Source: Gammaproteobacteria bacterium (GTDB lineage: Bacteria > Pseudomonadota > Gammaproteobacteria > Eutrophobiales > Eutrophobiaceae). Taken from it: DNA of 64,000 bases. The stretch is taken from the NCBI GenBank assembly GCA_965601665.1, contig OZ271833.1, positions 2,724,376 through 2,788,375 on the forward strand, in the 5' to 3' direction. Each line of letters starts with the position of its first letter. Position 1 is the stretch's first letter. The position numbers and the translations under genes were made by a program. A model generated the notes under the pieces. The model did not search any database, was not told the origin of the DNA, and saw only the letters and a program-made list of their open reading frames with translations. This document shows, piece after piece, positions 54,510 through 64,000 of the stretch.

Positions 54510-55505
54510 ATGTCATCGACATTTAATGAACTATTAAAACCGCGAAGAGTTGATGTTGAACCCATCAGCAACACTTTCGCCAAGATTACGATAGAACCGC
54601 TTGATCGCGGCTTCGGTCACACGCTGGGTAATGCATTACGACGAGTTTTACTGTCATCAATGCCCGGTTGTGCAGTTGTCGAGGCAGAAATTGAAAATGT
54701 TTTACATGAATACACGACAATCGATGGTGTACAGGAAGATGTAACTGATGTGTTGTTGAATCTTAAAGGTTTGGCAATCATGATGCATGCCAAGGATGAA
54801 GCAACTCTGAGCCTGAAAAAAAGTGGCCCTGGTCCTGTATATGCAAGCGATATTGCTGTCGACCATGATATAGAGATCAAGAACCCCGAGCATGTTATCG
54901 CTAACCTGACCAAGGCCGGCGAACTCAGCATGACCATGACGATTGCTCGCGGTCGCGGCTATAAGCCAGTTGTCATTGGCGGTACCGATGAAGAACAAAC
55001 CATCGGTAGACTGAAACTCGATGCATCTTTCAGCCCCATTAAGCGCGTTGCCTACGAGGTGCAAAGTGCCCGTGTTGAACAACGTACCAATCTGGATAAG
55101 CTGGTCCTGGAAATAGAGACCAACGGCACCATTGACCCTGAAGATGCAGTGCGACAGGCGGCAACCATTTTGCGCAGCCAGCTGGCTGTATTTGTTGATC
55201 TCGAGGCTGAAGAAGCGATTGAGGCAGCACAAACCAATGAGCCTGAAATTGACCCAATATTGCTACGCCCGGTCGATGATTTGGAGTTGACTGTACGTTC
55301 AGCTAACTGTCTGAAAGCAGAAAGCATTTATTACATTGGCGATTTAATACAAAGAACGGAAGTCGAATTATTGAAAACGCCTAATCTTGGCAAGAAATCC
55401 TTAACAGAAATCAAGGATGTGCTCGCTTCACGTGGTCTGGCGCTGGGTATGCGACTCGAAAACTGGCCGCCACCGGGATTAAACATTAATAGAGAAACCG
55501 CTTAA
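54510..55505 (+). CDS. rpoA: RNA polymerase alpha subunit
   Basis: [20 protein letters not shown]; ARVEQRT.LDKL; [21 protein letters not shown]. Confidence 0.99.
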   Translation: MSSTFNELLKPRRVDVEPISNTFAKITIEPLDRGFGHTLGNALRRVLLSSMPGCAVVEAEIENVLHEYTTIDGVQEDVTDVLLNLKGLAIMMHAKDEATLSLKKSGPGPVYASDIAVDHDIEIKNPEHVIANLTKAGELSMTMTIARGRGYKPVVIGGTDEEQTIGRLKLDASFSPIKRVAYEVQSARVEQRTNLDKLVLEIETNGTIDPEDAVRQAATILRSQLAVFVDLEAEEAIEAAQTNEPEIDPILLRPVDDLELTVRSANCLKAESIYYIGDLIQRTEVELLKTPNLGKKSLTEIKDVLASRGLALGMRLENWPPPGLNINRETA

Positions 55506-55522
55506 TACAAGAGAGAATTACC

Positions 55523-55927
55523 ATGCGTCATCGTCAAAGTGGCCGAAAACTAAATCGGAACAGCTCGCACCGTACTGCTATGTTCAGAAACATGGCTGCG
55601 TCGCTTATGGAACACGAAGTTATCAAGACTACCCTGCCAAAGGCAAAGGAATTGCGTCGTGTAGCCGAACCATTAATAACTATGGCCAGGGATGACAGCG
55701 TAGCGAAACGTCGGCTCGCCTTCTCGCGCTTACGTAATCGTGATGTTGTAACCAAGCTATTTGATGAACTCGGCCCCCGCTACAAAGACAGACCAGGAGG
55801 TTACCTGCGCATTCTTAAGTGTGGAGTACGCACCGGTGACAAGGCGCCAATGGCAATTGTTGAATTGGTCGATCGTCCTGATATCGAAACTGCTGATGTA
55901 GAAGCCGAAAGCGCTGAACAGGACTAG
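55523..55927 (+). CDS. rplQ: 50S ribosomal protein L17
   Basis: [22 protein letters not shown]; [10 protein letters not shown]; RPGGY.RILK. Confidence 0.99.
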   Translation: MRHRQSGRKLNRNSSHRTAMFRNMAASLMEHEVIKTTLPKAKELRRVAEPLITMARDDSVAKRRLAFSRLRNRDVVTKLFDELGPRYKDRPGGYLRILKCGVRTGDKAPMAIVELVDRPDIETADVEAESAEQD

Positions 55928-55944
55928 CCTAACTTTCTATCTAT

Positions 55945-55972
55945 AAAACCGGGGCTTACCCCGGTTTTTTTT
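55945..55972 (+). terminator. Intrinsic terminator at the end of the ribosomal protein cluster
   Basis: AAAACCGGGG-CTTA-CCCCGG followed by T8. Confidence 0.9.
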
Positions 55973-56019
55973 GCCTGTACCGTGTTGTCATCAGTTTCGT
56001 GCTTGTTAACATAAACAGC

Positions 56020-56742
56020 ATGATCCTCCTTTTTACAGACTATGGCGTTGACGGCCCATATCTGGGGCAGGTGCACTGCAAACTATTGCAAGCAGCACCG
56101 ACAGTGTCCGTGGTTAACCTGATGGCGGATGCACCCAGAAACAATCCTCGTGCCAGCGGTTACCTGCTTGCCTCTCTAATCCAGCATATTCCTGAAAATG
56201 CTGTGATCTTTGCTGTTGTAGACCCGGGTGTGGGCAGCGGAAAGGATATTCCATCAATATTCAAAACGGATAGCCACTGGTTTGTCGGCCCGGATAATGG
56301 CCTGTTTGATATCTTGCTGAGACGTTATTCGTTAGTCAAATGCTGGGAGATACAGTCCGATGAAACAAATATCGCTGTTAGTTTTCATGGTCGCGATATT
56401 TACGCCCCGGTTTGCGCGCGACTTGCCAATAACGAACAGGTACCGGGAATAAGCAGACAGTGGCAGGATGCAAATCAGTGGCCTGATGACCTGTATGAAA
56501 TTATTTATTGCGACCATTTTGGTAATGCAATGACAGGTATACGTTCAACGATGATTGATCAATCAACGGTACTAAACATAGAAGGATCCAGCATTGCCCA
56601 TGCAAACACGTTTTCTTCTGTAAAAAGGGGTGAGGCATTCTGGTATATCAATTCCAATGGTCTGGTAGAGATCGCGGTTAACCAGGGCTCAGCTGAAACA
56701 ACGTTAGGCATTAGTATTGGCACCCTCATCACGGCTAACTAG
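56020..56742 (+). CDS. DUF62 family SAM hydrolase (SAM hydroxide adenosyltransferase; halogenase superfamily)
   Basis: MILLFTDYG..GPY.G; AVVDPGVGS; FVGPDNGL; SFHGRDIYAP; DHFGNA.T; NSNGLVEIAVNQGSA. Confidence 0.9.
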   Translation: MILLFTDYGVDGPYLGQVHCKLLQAAPTVSVVNLMADAPRNNPRASGYLLASLIQHIPENAVIFAVVDPGVGSGKDIPSIFKTDSHWFVGPDNGLFDILLRRYSLVKCWEIQSDETNIAVSFHGRDIYAPVCARLANNEQVPGISRQWQDANQWPDDLYEIIYCDHFGNAMTGIRSTMIDQSTVLNIEGSSIAHANTFSSVKRGEAFWYINSNGLVEIAVNQGSAETTLGISIGTLITAN

Positions 56743-56835
56743 CTATCAATCTATAGAAACATACCTCCATACCTAGCTGGAAATTCAGTAAAGCTGGACT
56801 AAGATTTATATAAGTCCATTCGCCGGGGAAATAAA

Positions 56836-57249
56836 ATGACCGAAGTGATAATGGCGTTACTGGTTTGGATTGGTGCCAATAGCGATTACGAAGTTGATTT
56901 CCCTCAACCTATCGTCGTTATGACGACGCTGGGCAACATGTGCCAACAGTTTGGTATTGAGGATAAACAGCGTTGTGAGGCATCTGGCCTGAAAGGGTTT
57001 TACAATGAAAAGGAAACGATCTTCCTCGGTGCGGATTTTGATGCACAAGACAATCACCATGTTTCCCGTTTATTGCATGAACTGGTGCACTACATTCAAT
57101 ACAAAAATGGTAAGGGTAAATCGCGCTGCCGTGGTGAAATCGAGGTTGAAGCCTATGACTTGCAGGATAAATGGCGAGAATCACATGGGCTTGAGCCGAT
57201 CTTGCCTGCTTTTAATCGCTTAATGCTGGAGGCAAGCTGCGCTGCGTGA
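56836..57249 (+). CDS. Hypothetical protein with HExxH zincin-like motif (DUF6647-like)
   Basis: LLHELVHYIQ...E.EAY.LQ; four Cys; hydrophobic N-terminus; GGGGA SD. Confidence 0.6.
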   Translation: MTEVIMALLVWIGANSDYEVDFPQPIVVMTTLGNMCQQFGIEDKQRCEASGLKGFYNEKETIFLGADFDAQDNHHVSRLLHELVHYIQYKNGKGKSRCRGEIEVEAYDLQDKWRESHGLEPILPAFNRLMLEASCAA

Positions 57250-57268
57250 ATGTTGCTTTTAATTTAAA

Positions 57269-57634
57269 TTAAACGACAAAAGACGCCAGGCCATCCTTGA
57301 ATGACCAGTCGATATCGTGATTCTCGGCTATTGTAATTAATACATTTTCAGGATCGATTCCCGGATTGACTTTCAGGTTCTCGGTACATTTTTTATAAAA
57401 AGCTTGCTTGGCTTTATTGGAGCGCCCGGCTCGCATGATTAGAAACATCATCACCCTGTCTCCGCTTCGTCCCTGGTATTCAAGGCAGTAATCTTCTACC
57501 TCGTGAATAATTTGATAGCGATCATCATCTGGAAAATCCATCGTTTCGATAACTGCCGAATTTACGCCATCGGCAATCGCTTTAACGTATTCCCGTGACT
57601 TACCTTTTGGAATGGAGATATTGACGAGTGGCAT
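57269..57634 (-). CDS. Tautomerase superfamily protein (MSAD/Tautomerase_2-like)
   Basis: N-terminal Pro after Met (MPLV.I); FP.DDRYQIIHE; GRS...KQAFY; E....DWSF..G. Confidence 0.85.
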   Translation of the reverse strand: MPLVNISIPKGKSREYVKAIADGVNSAVIETMDFPDDDRYQIIHEVEDYCLEYQGRSGDRVMMFLIMRAGRSNKAKQAFYKKCTENLKVNPGIDPENVLITIAENHDIDWSFKDGLASFVV

Positions 57635-57653
57635 AGATATTCACCTTTGGTTT

Positions 57654-59099
57654 TTACTGGAGTTTTTCCCTTAGTAGTTCGTTGACCTGCTTCGGGTTGG
57701 CCTTGCCCTGCGATAACTTCATGACTTGCCCAACAAAATAGCCGATGAGTTTACCCTGTTTATCCGGAGGGCTAGAAAGATATTGTTCCACCTGTGCCGG
57801 ACTATTGGCAATGACTTCATCAACAAATTGTTCGATGGCTCCGCTATCGGTAACCTGTTTCAGACCCTTGATTTCTATAATCTCGTCAGCCGTACCTTCA
57901 CCATTCCACATGGCTTCAAAAACCTGTTTCGCTATCTTTCCGGAAATCGTGTTGTCCTTGATGCGCTTAATTAAGTCGCCAAGCATTGTGGCTGAAACCG
58001 GGCTACTGTCGATTGACAGGTTATCCCTGTTTAGGGCACCGCTTAATTCACCGGCTATCCAGTTTGCGCATAATTTGGCTTCGCCATATGCAGCTTGAAC
58101 ACATGTTTCAAAGTAATCAGCCATTTCTTTTTGGCTGGTCAACAGAAGGCTGTCCTGCTCAGATAGCTTAAATTCTTCAATGAAGCGTTGTTTCTTCGCA
58201 TCGGGCAGCTCGGGTAATGCTGCACGTATCTCTTCTTTCAAGGCTTCGTCAATTTGAATAGGTAATAAATCCGGATCCGGGAAGTAGCGGTAATCATTGG
58301 CTTCTTCCTTGCTACGCATAGAACGCGTTTCATTCTTGCCCGGGTCGTAGAGCCTTGTCTCCTGAATAATCTCTCCGCCATCTTCAAGAATATCGATTTG
58401 TCTCTCTACCTCGAAGTTAATAGCCTGTTCCACGAAGCGGAACGAATTGATGTTCTTTAATTCAGCGCGGGTGCCAAATTCCGTTTCACCTTTCAATCTT
58501 ACGGATACATTTGCATCACAACGAAAAGAGCCTTCCTGCATATTGCCATCACATATTTCGAGATAACGCACCAGCGAATGAATTTGCTTCATGTAGCTAA
58601 CCGCTTCCCTGGCGCTGCGCATGTCGGGCTCAGAGACGATTTCGAGTAACGGCGTGCCAGCACGATTAAGATCAATACCGGACATATTGGCAAAACCCTC
58701 ATGCACGGACTTGCCCGCATCCTCTTCCAGGTGGGCGCGAGTAATACCAATCCTTTTCGTACTTCCATCATCAAGCGGGATATCGATATGCCCCTGACTA
58801 ACAATAGGCAGTTCAAACTGGCTAATCTGATACCCTTTTGGCAGATCCGGGTAAAAGTAGTTTTTTCGGGCAAATATAGAGGTAGGCGGTATTGATGCAT
58901 CAATGGCCAGCCCAAAACGGATTGCCATGCGCACGACCTCTTTGTTAATTACCGGTAGCACACCGGGTAAGCCGAGGTCTATTGCACACGCCTGAACATT
59001 TGGTTCGGCCCCATAGGCAGTGGCAGCACCTGAGAAGATTTTGCTACTGGTCGCCAACTGGGCATGAATTTCTAGGCCAATAACCGTCTCCCATTCCAT
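57654..59099 (-). CDS. gatB: Asp/Glu-tRNA amidotransferase subunit B
   Basis: [13 protein letters not shown]; [17 protein letters not shown]; HLEEDAGKS; YRYFPDPDL; start moved to 59099 (TAATG overlap with gatA). Confidence 0.98.
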   Translation of the reverse strand: MEWETVIGLEIHAQLATSSKIFSGAATAYGAEPNVQACAIDLGLPGVLPVINKEVVRMAIRFGLAIDASIPPTSIFARKNYFYPDLPKGYQISQFELPIVSQGHIDIPLDDGSTKRIGITRAHLEEDAGKSVHEGFANMSGIDLNRAGTPLLEIVSEPDMRSAREAVSYMKQIHSLVRYLEICDGNMQEGSFRCDANVSVRLKGETEFGTRAELKNINSFRFVEQAINFEVERQIDILEDGGEIIQETRLYDPGKNETRSMRSKEEANDYRYFPDPDLLPIQIDEALKEEIRAALPELPDAKKQRFIEEFKLSEQDSLLLTSQKEMADYFETCVQAAYGEAKLCANWIAGELSGALNRDNLSIDSSPVSATMLGDLIKRIKDNTISGKIAKQVFEAMWNGEGTADEIIEIKGLKQVTDSGAIEQFVDEVIANSPAQVEQYLSSPPDKQGKLIGYFVGQVMKLSQGKANPKQVNELLREKLQ

Positions 59100-60553
59100 T
59101 AGCGATACCCCTTGGGAACACGCGTATGCCAATCAGTGACTTGCTGGAACTGGTGTCCAATATTCAATAGTCGTGCTTCATCAAAATACTGCCCAATCAA
59201 CTGCATGCCCACAGGCAGTTCATCGGTAAAACCGGCTGGCAGTGATATGGCTGGCAGGCCGGCCAGGTTGACAGAAACAGTGTAAATATCAGACAGGTAC
59301 ATACTGACCGGGTCATCGAGTTTTTCATTCAGCTTGAATGCCGGCCCCGTTGCTGTTGGCCCGGCGATGACATCAACCTGTTCAAATGCACGACTGAAGT
59401 CATCCCTTATCAGGTGCCTGATTTTTTGGGCCTGCAGATAATAGGCATCATAATAACCAGCAGATAATACGTAGGTGCCAATCATTATTCTGCGCTTAAC
59501 TTCCTTGCCAAAACCTTCACTGCGACTACGGCAATATAGATCTAACAGGTCCCTTGGTTCCTCACAACGATACCCGAAACGAACACCGTCATAGCGAGAC
59601 AGGTTTGAAGAACATTCTGCTGGAGCAACGACATAATAGGCCGGAATCGAAAGTTGCGTATTTGGTAAATCGATCTCTTTGCAAACGGCGCCAAGTTTTT
59701 CAAGCTCCTTAACACCTGCTTCTACCAGGCCAGCAACAGTACTATCCAGCGCATCATCAAAATACTGTTTTGGTAAACCAATCCTAAGACCTGCAATAGA
59801 GTCGTTTAGTCTGCTTGTATAATCTTCTACGGTTTTGTCAACTGAGGTGGAATCGCGTTCGTCAAAACCGGCCATAACATTAAGCATCAATGCTGCATCT
59901 TCGGCGGTCTGAGTCATTGGACCACCCTGATCGAGACTGGAAGCAAACGCAATCATGCCATATCGAGATACCCTGCCATAGGTTGGTTTTAACCCGGTAA
60001 TACCGCATAGAGAAGCAGGTTGCCTGATTGAACCACCTGTATCTGTACCGCTTGCAGCCGGGCAAAGACGGGCAGCAACTGCGCTTGCAGACCCGCCTGA
60101 TGAACCTCCAGGCACACAATCGATATTCCATGGGTTTTTTACTGGACCATAGAAACTGGTTTCGTTCGATGAACCCATTGCAAATTCATCCATGTTGGTT
60201 TTACCGAGCATGACCATACCTTCGGCGTTCATCCTTTCAACCACCGTTGCGTTATACGGTGCGATAAAATTATCCAGCATCCTGGAGCCACATGAGGTCT
60301 TAATATTGTTGGTGCAAAAGATATCTTTATGTGCAAAAGGTACGCCGGTTAATTTACTGGCCTCGCTGTTTGCACGCTTCGCATCCGCCATTTTTGCCTG
60401 TGCCAGTGCCTGTTCTTCCGTGACTGTGATAAAGCAATTCAATTCATCGTTTAATTTTTTGCAGCGTTCAAGGTACTGGCTAGTCAGTTCTTCACTACTG
60501 ATTTGCTTTTGTTCCAGCGCGTTGGCAAGTTGTGCAAGGGTAGAATGCAACAT
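59099..60553 (-). CDS. gatA: Asp/Glu-tRNA amidotransferase subunit A
   Basis: Amidase signature [34 protein letters not shown]; [14 protein letters not shown]. Confidence 0.98.
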   Translation of the reverse strand: MLHSTLAQLANALEQKQISSEELTSQYLERCKKLNDELNCFITVTEEQALAQAKMADAKRANSEASKLTGVPFAHKDIFCTNNIKTSCGSRMLDNFIAPYNATVVERMNAEGMVMLGKTNMDEFAMGSSNETSFYGPVKNPWNIDCVPGGSSGGSASAVAARLCPAASGTDTGGSIRQPASLCGITGLKPTYGRVSRYGMIAFASSLDQGGPMTQTAEDAALMLNVMAGFDERDSTSVDKTVEDYTSRLNDSIAGLRIGLPKQYFDDALDSTVAGLVEAGVKELEKLGAVCKEIDLPNTQLSIPAYYVVAPAECSSNLSRYDGVRFGYRCEEPRDLLDLYCRSRSEGFGKEVKRRIMIGTYVLSAGYYDAYYLQAQKIRHLIRDDFSRAFEQVDVIAGPTATGPAFKLNEKLDDPVSMYLSDIYTVSVNLAGLPAISLPAGFTDELPVGMQLIGQYFDEARLLNIGHQFQQVTDWHTRVPKGYR

Positions 60554-60578
60554 AGGATAACGAAATAGTGCTGTGTTC

Positions 60579-60866
60579 TTACTCGATCACCCTGGGAACC
60601 AGGAAGTAACCGTCTTCTGTTTCCGGTGCCTGGTGCTGGAAGCGATCACGTTGGTTTGTTTCCGTGACCTTGTCATCGCGTAGCCGCGCAGCAATATCCA
60701 GCGGGTGAGCCAGTGGTGTAATGTCGCCGGTGTCGACACTATTCATTTGCTCAACCAGCTCAAGAATGCCGGACAATTCCTGACTGTAACTGGCAACATC
60801 TTCTGCATCGATCTCCAGCCGCGCCAGCCAGGCGATTTTCTCAATTTCAGATTTGTCGAGGGACAT
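60579..60866 (-). CDS. gatC: Asp/Glu-tRNA amidotransferase subunit C
   Basis: MSLD..EIEKIA.LARL; PLAHPL; LRDD.VTE; AP...[11 protein letters not shown]; start moved to 60866. Confidence 0.96.
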   Translation of the reverse strand: MSLDKSEIEKIAWLARLEIDAEDVASYSQELSGILELVEQMNSVDTGDITPLAHPLDIAARLRDDKVTETNQRDRFQHQAPETEDGYFLVPRVIE

Positions 60867-60921
60867 AAAATAGTGGTTCTTATTAATTGAAAAAAATAGG
60901 AAATCTATCATATTACTTGGC

Positions 60922-60950
60922 TTGCCCAAAGCCTCACCCATTGATAAAGT
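60922..60950 (+). promoter_or_regulatory. Candidate sigma70 promoter for mreBCD-mrdA
   Basis: TTGCCC-17 bp-TAAAGT with extended -10 TG. Confidence 0.35.
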
Positions 60951-61108
60951 GACGCTTTTATTTGCGGGTGATCTGGGCGGTAATCAGTATCGCTTATGTG
61001 GCAAAAAATGAAGAGCTTTGAGGAGTCCAGCGTAGGACAGGCGCACCGTTTTCCTTCCTTCTATTTCACTGTCTTGCTGTCTCGTTATTTTCTAAGTTAT
61101 TGGTTTAA

Positions 61109-62158
<1,050 letters not shown>

Positions 62159-62178
62159 GTAAAAAACGGAGAAATACT

Positions 62179-63045
62179 ATTAACACCCTGTTTCAAAGAC
62201 GTGCTTCTGCGAACATTCGATTGCTGGTGTTTAGTTTTCTGTCTGTCACTTTAATGGTCATTGACCATCAGAAAGATTATCTGGCCGCGGTACGTTCAAC
62301 CCTTAGTGCCGTTGTCTATCCCATACAGTATGTAGTTAACCTGCCGTTCGATGCAGCCGAATGGGTAAGCGACTCCCTCGTTACCCGGCAAAGCCTGATT
62401 GAGGAAAATGAACGCCTGAAGCAGGACCAGTTGCTGTTCAGTTCGAAGTTGCAGCGCTATGAAATCCTTGAGGCAGAAAATCAAAGGCTAAGAGAATTAC
62501 TGGAATCCTCTTTTCGCCTCAACGACAAGGTGCTGGTTGCAGAGCTCATTGAAGTACACTTGCAGTCATTCAAGCGGCAGGTTGTTATCAACAAGGGTAA
62601 GCGAGAAGGGGCCTATGATGGCCAGCCGATAGTTGATGCATCAGGCATTATGGGACAGATAGTCCATGTCGGCCCTTTTTCCAGTACAGTGCTGTTGATT
62701 ACCGATCCTAACCATGCCCTCCCGGTGCAAATTAACCGTAACGGTCTGCGTGCTATTGCTGTCGGAGCTGGTCAGAGTGGCAAACTGATTCTTGAACATC
62801 TGCCGAACAACGCCGATATCAAGGTTGGCGATTTGATTATCTCTTCGGGTTTGGGTCGTCGCTTCCCGTCAGGATACCCCGTTGGAGAGATTGAAAAGAT
62901 TACCCTTGATCCCGGTGAACCTTTTGCCAAGGTTGTCATTAACCCGAGTGCCCAGCTGAGCAAGAGTCGTGAAGTACTTATGGTCTGGCCGTATGAACAT
63001 ATCAACTCCATGACCGAAGATGTTGCGGAGGTTGCAAAACGATGA
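62179..63045 (+). CDS. mreC: Rod shape-determining protein MreC (likely ATT start at 62179)
   Basis: Coiled coil ENQRLRELL; INKG...G; LLITDPNHALPVQ..RNG.R; SSGLG..FP.GYPV; GGAG SD 7 nt before an in-frame ATT. Confidence 0.95.
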   Translation: MNTLFQRRASANIRLLVFSFLSVTLMVIDHQKDYLAAVRSTLSAVVYPIQYVVNLPFDAAEWVSDSLVTRQSLIEENERLKQDQLLFSSKLQRYEILEAENQRLRELLESSFRLNDKVLVAELIEVHLQSFKRQVVINKGKREGAYDGQPIVDASGIMGQIVHVGPFSSTVLLITDPNHALPVQINRNGLRAIAVGAGQSGKLILEHLPNNADIKVGDLIISSGLGRRFPSGYPVGEIEKITLDPGEPFAKVVINPSAQLSKSREVLMVWPYEHINSMTEDVAEVAKR

Positions 63046-63536
63046 TTGCTGATAATCAGGGTCAAAAAGGCAATATGATTATCATTGCCAGTTTTGTTAT
63101 CGCAATTATGTTAACGGCATTGCCCGTTCCAGATTGGGCAAATAGCTGGCGCCCTGCGTGGGTGCCCATAGTGCTTATTTACTGGTGCATGGCAATACCT
63201 GACCGCGTGGGCATCGCGGTGGCCTTTGTACTTGGGCTACTCCTGGATGTTATGCACAGTAATGTACTGGGCCAGAACGCGCTCGGCCTGGTAATTGTTG
63301 CGTTTATCACGTTGCACTCCTATCAACGTATCCGCGTATTCCCGCTTGCGCAACAGGCCGTTATCGTCTGTTTTTTTCTTTTGCTGTATGAACTGATTAT
63401 GCTTTTAATAACCAACTACATTGGTTCCCAGGCAGGTGGTTGGACCTACTGGATGCCAGCCATTACCAGCATGTTGATTTGGCCCTGGCTGTTTATTGTT
63501 CTCAGGGATATACGTCGCAAGTTCCAAATCTCCTGA
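63042..63536 (+). CDS. mreD: Rod shape-determining protein MreD
   Basis: RP.W...VLIYW.MA.P.RVG; LGLLLD....VLGQ.AL; WPW.F.VLR..RR. Confidence 0.96.
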   Translation: MIADNQGQKGNMIIIASFVIAIMLTALPVPDWANSWRPAWVPIVLIYWCMAIPDRVGIAVAFVLGLLLDVMHSNVLGQNALGLVIVAFITLHSYQRIRVFPLAQQAVIVCFFLLLYELIMLLITNYIGSQAGGWTYWMPAITSMLIWPWLFIVLRDIRRKFQIS

Positions 63537-63546
63537 AGGCGCATCA

Positions 63547-64000
63547 ATGGCCAGGGAGATTAATCTTAAAGACAACGAACACGAATCACAGTTAATCGCA
63601 TCACGTGTTTATGTTGCTGGTGCAGTTATTTTTCTACTGGTGTTAATGATTGTTGGCCGGGTTTTTTACCTGACCATACTCGAGCATGATCACTTTACGA
63701 CGCTGGCGACATCAAACCGTGTCAAGATAGCGCCTATACCTCCAACCCGTGGTTTAATTTTCAGTCGTGACGGTGTCGTACTGGCTGAGAATAAACCGTC
63801 ATTCAGTCTTGAAATTATTCCCGAACAAATCCAGAACGTTGATCAGTTAATTCGACAACTGCAGGAAATCATCGCAATTGACGAAGATGCAATCGCACGC
63901 TTTAAAAAATCATTAAAAAAACAGCGTCGTTTTGAAAGTATTCCGCTACGATTCAACCTTAATGAAGAAGAAGTGGCCCTGTTTTCCGTAAACAGGCATC
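63547..64000 (+). CDS. mrdA: Penicillin-binding protein 2 (3' partial; absent from the ORF track)
   Basis: Own translation: MAREINLKDNEHESQLIASR...TM helix...SNRVKIAPIPPTRGLIFSRDGVVLAENKPSFSLEI; follows mreD. Confidence 0.93.
   Translation, partial: MAREINLKDNEHESQLIASRVYVAGAVIFLLVLMIVGRVFYLTILEHDHFTTLATSNRVKIAPIPPTRGLIFSRDGVVLAENKPSFSLEIIPEQIQNVDQLIRQLQEIIAIDEDAIARFKKSLKKQRRFESIPLRFNLNEEEVALFSVNRH

Noticed and set aside
56020-56742. Calling the DUF62 gene a fluorinase or chlorinase
   Set aside because: FHGRD motif is hydrolase-type and there is no halometabolite gene cluster nearby.

Overview
A gene-dense chromosomal window from a Gammaproteobacterium. No IS, prophage, integrase, rRNA or CRISPR is visible. 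From left to right: (1) the end of an MSHA-type type IVa pilus locus (mshG, mshF-like, an unknown internally duplicated membrane protein, major pilin, an O-antigen-ligase/O-OTase-like TPR protein, mshC, mshD, mshO, mshP; no mshB or mshQ here); (2) trmL divergent from a class 1 pyrD; (3) the minus-strand operon def-fmt-rsmB-DUF4390-ntrY-ntrX-trkA-trkH-methyltransferase-TPR; (4) tsaP-like LysM gene-dprA-smg-topA; (5) tRNA-Tyr/Gly/Thr-tufB-tRNA-Trp-secE-nusG-rplKAJL-rpoBC; (6) a contiguous str-S10-spc-alpha ribosomal protein cluster ending at a terminator after rplQ; (7) a small islet of a DUF62 SAM hydrolase, an HExxH protein and a tautomerase; (8) gatCAB divergent from mreBCD-mrdA (partial). 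The best candidate for an under-described system is the MSHA-like pilus with a putative dedicated pilin glycosylation enzyme directly behind the major pilin. Other notable signals are an AUU-initiated mreC, CsrA/RsmA-type hairpins at the dprA ribosome-binding site, an ATPase-dead NtrX, and a long structured rpsL leader heading a superoperon that lacks the classical internal leaders. All calls come from motif recognition by eye; no database searches were run.
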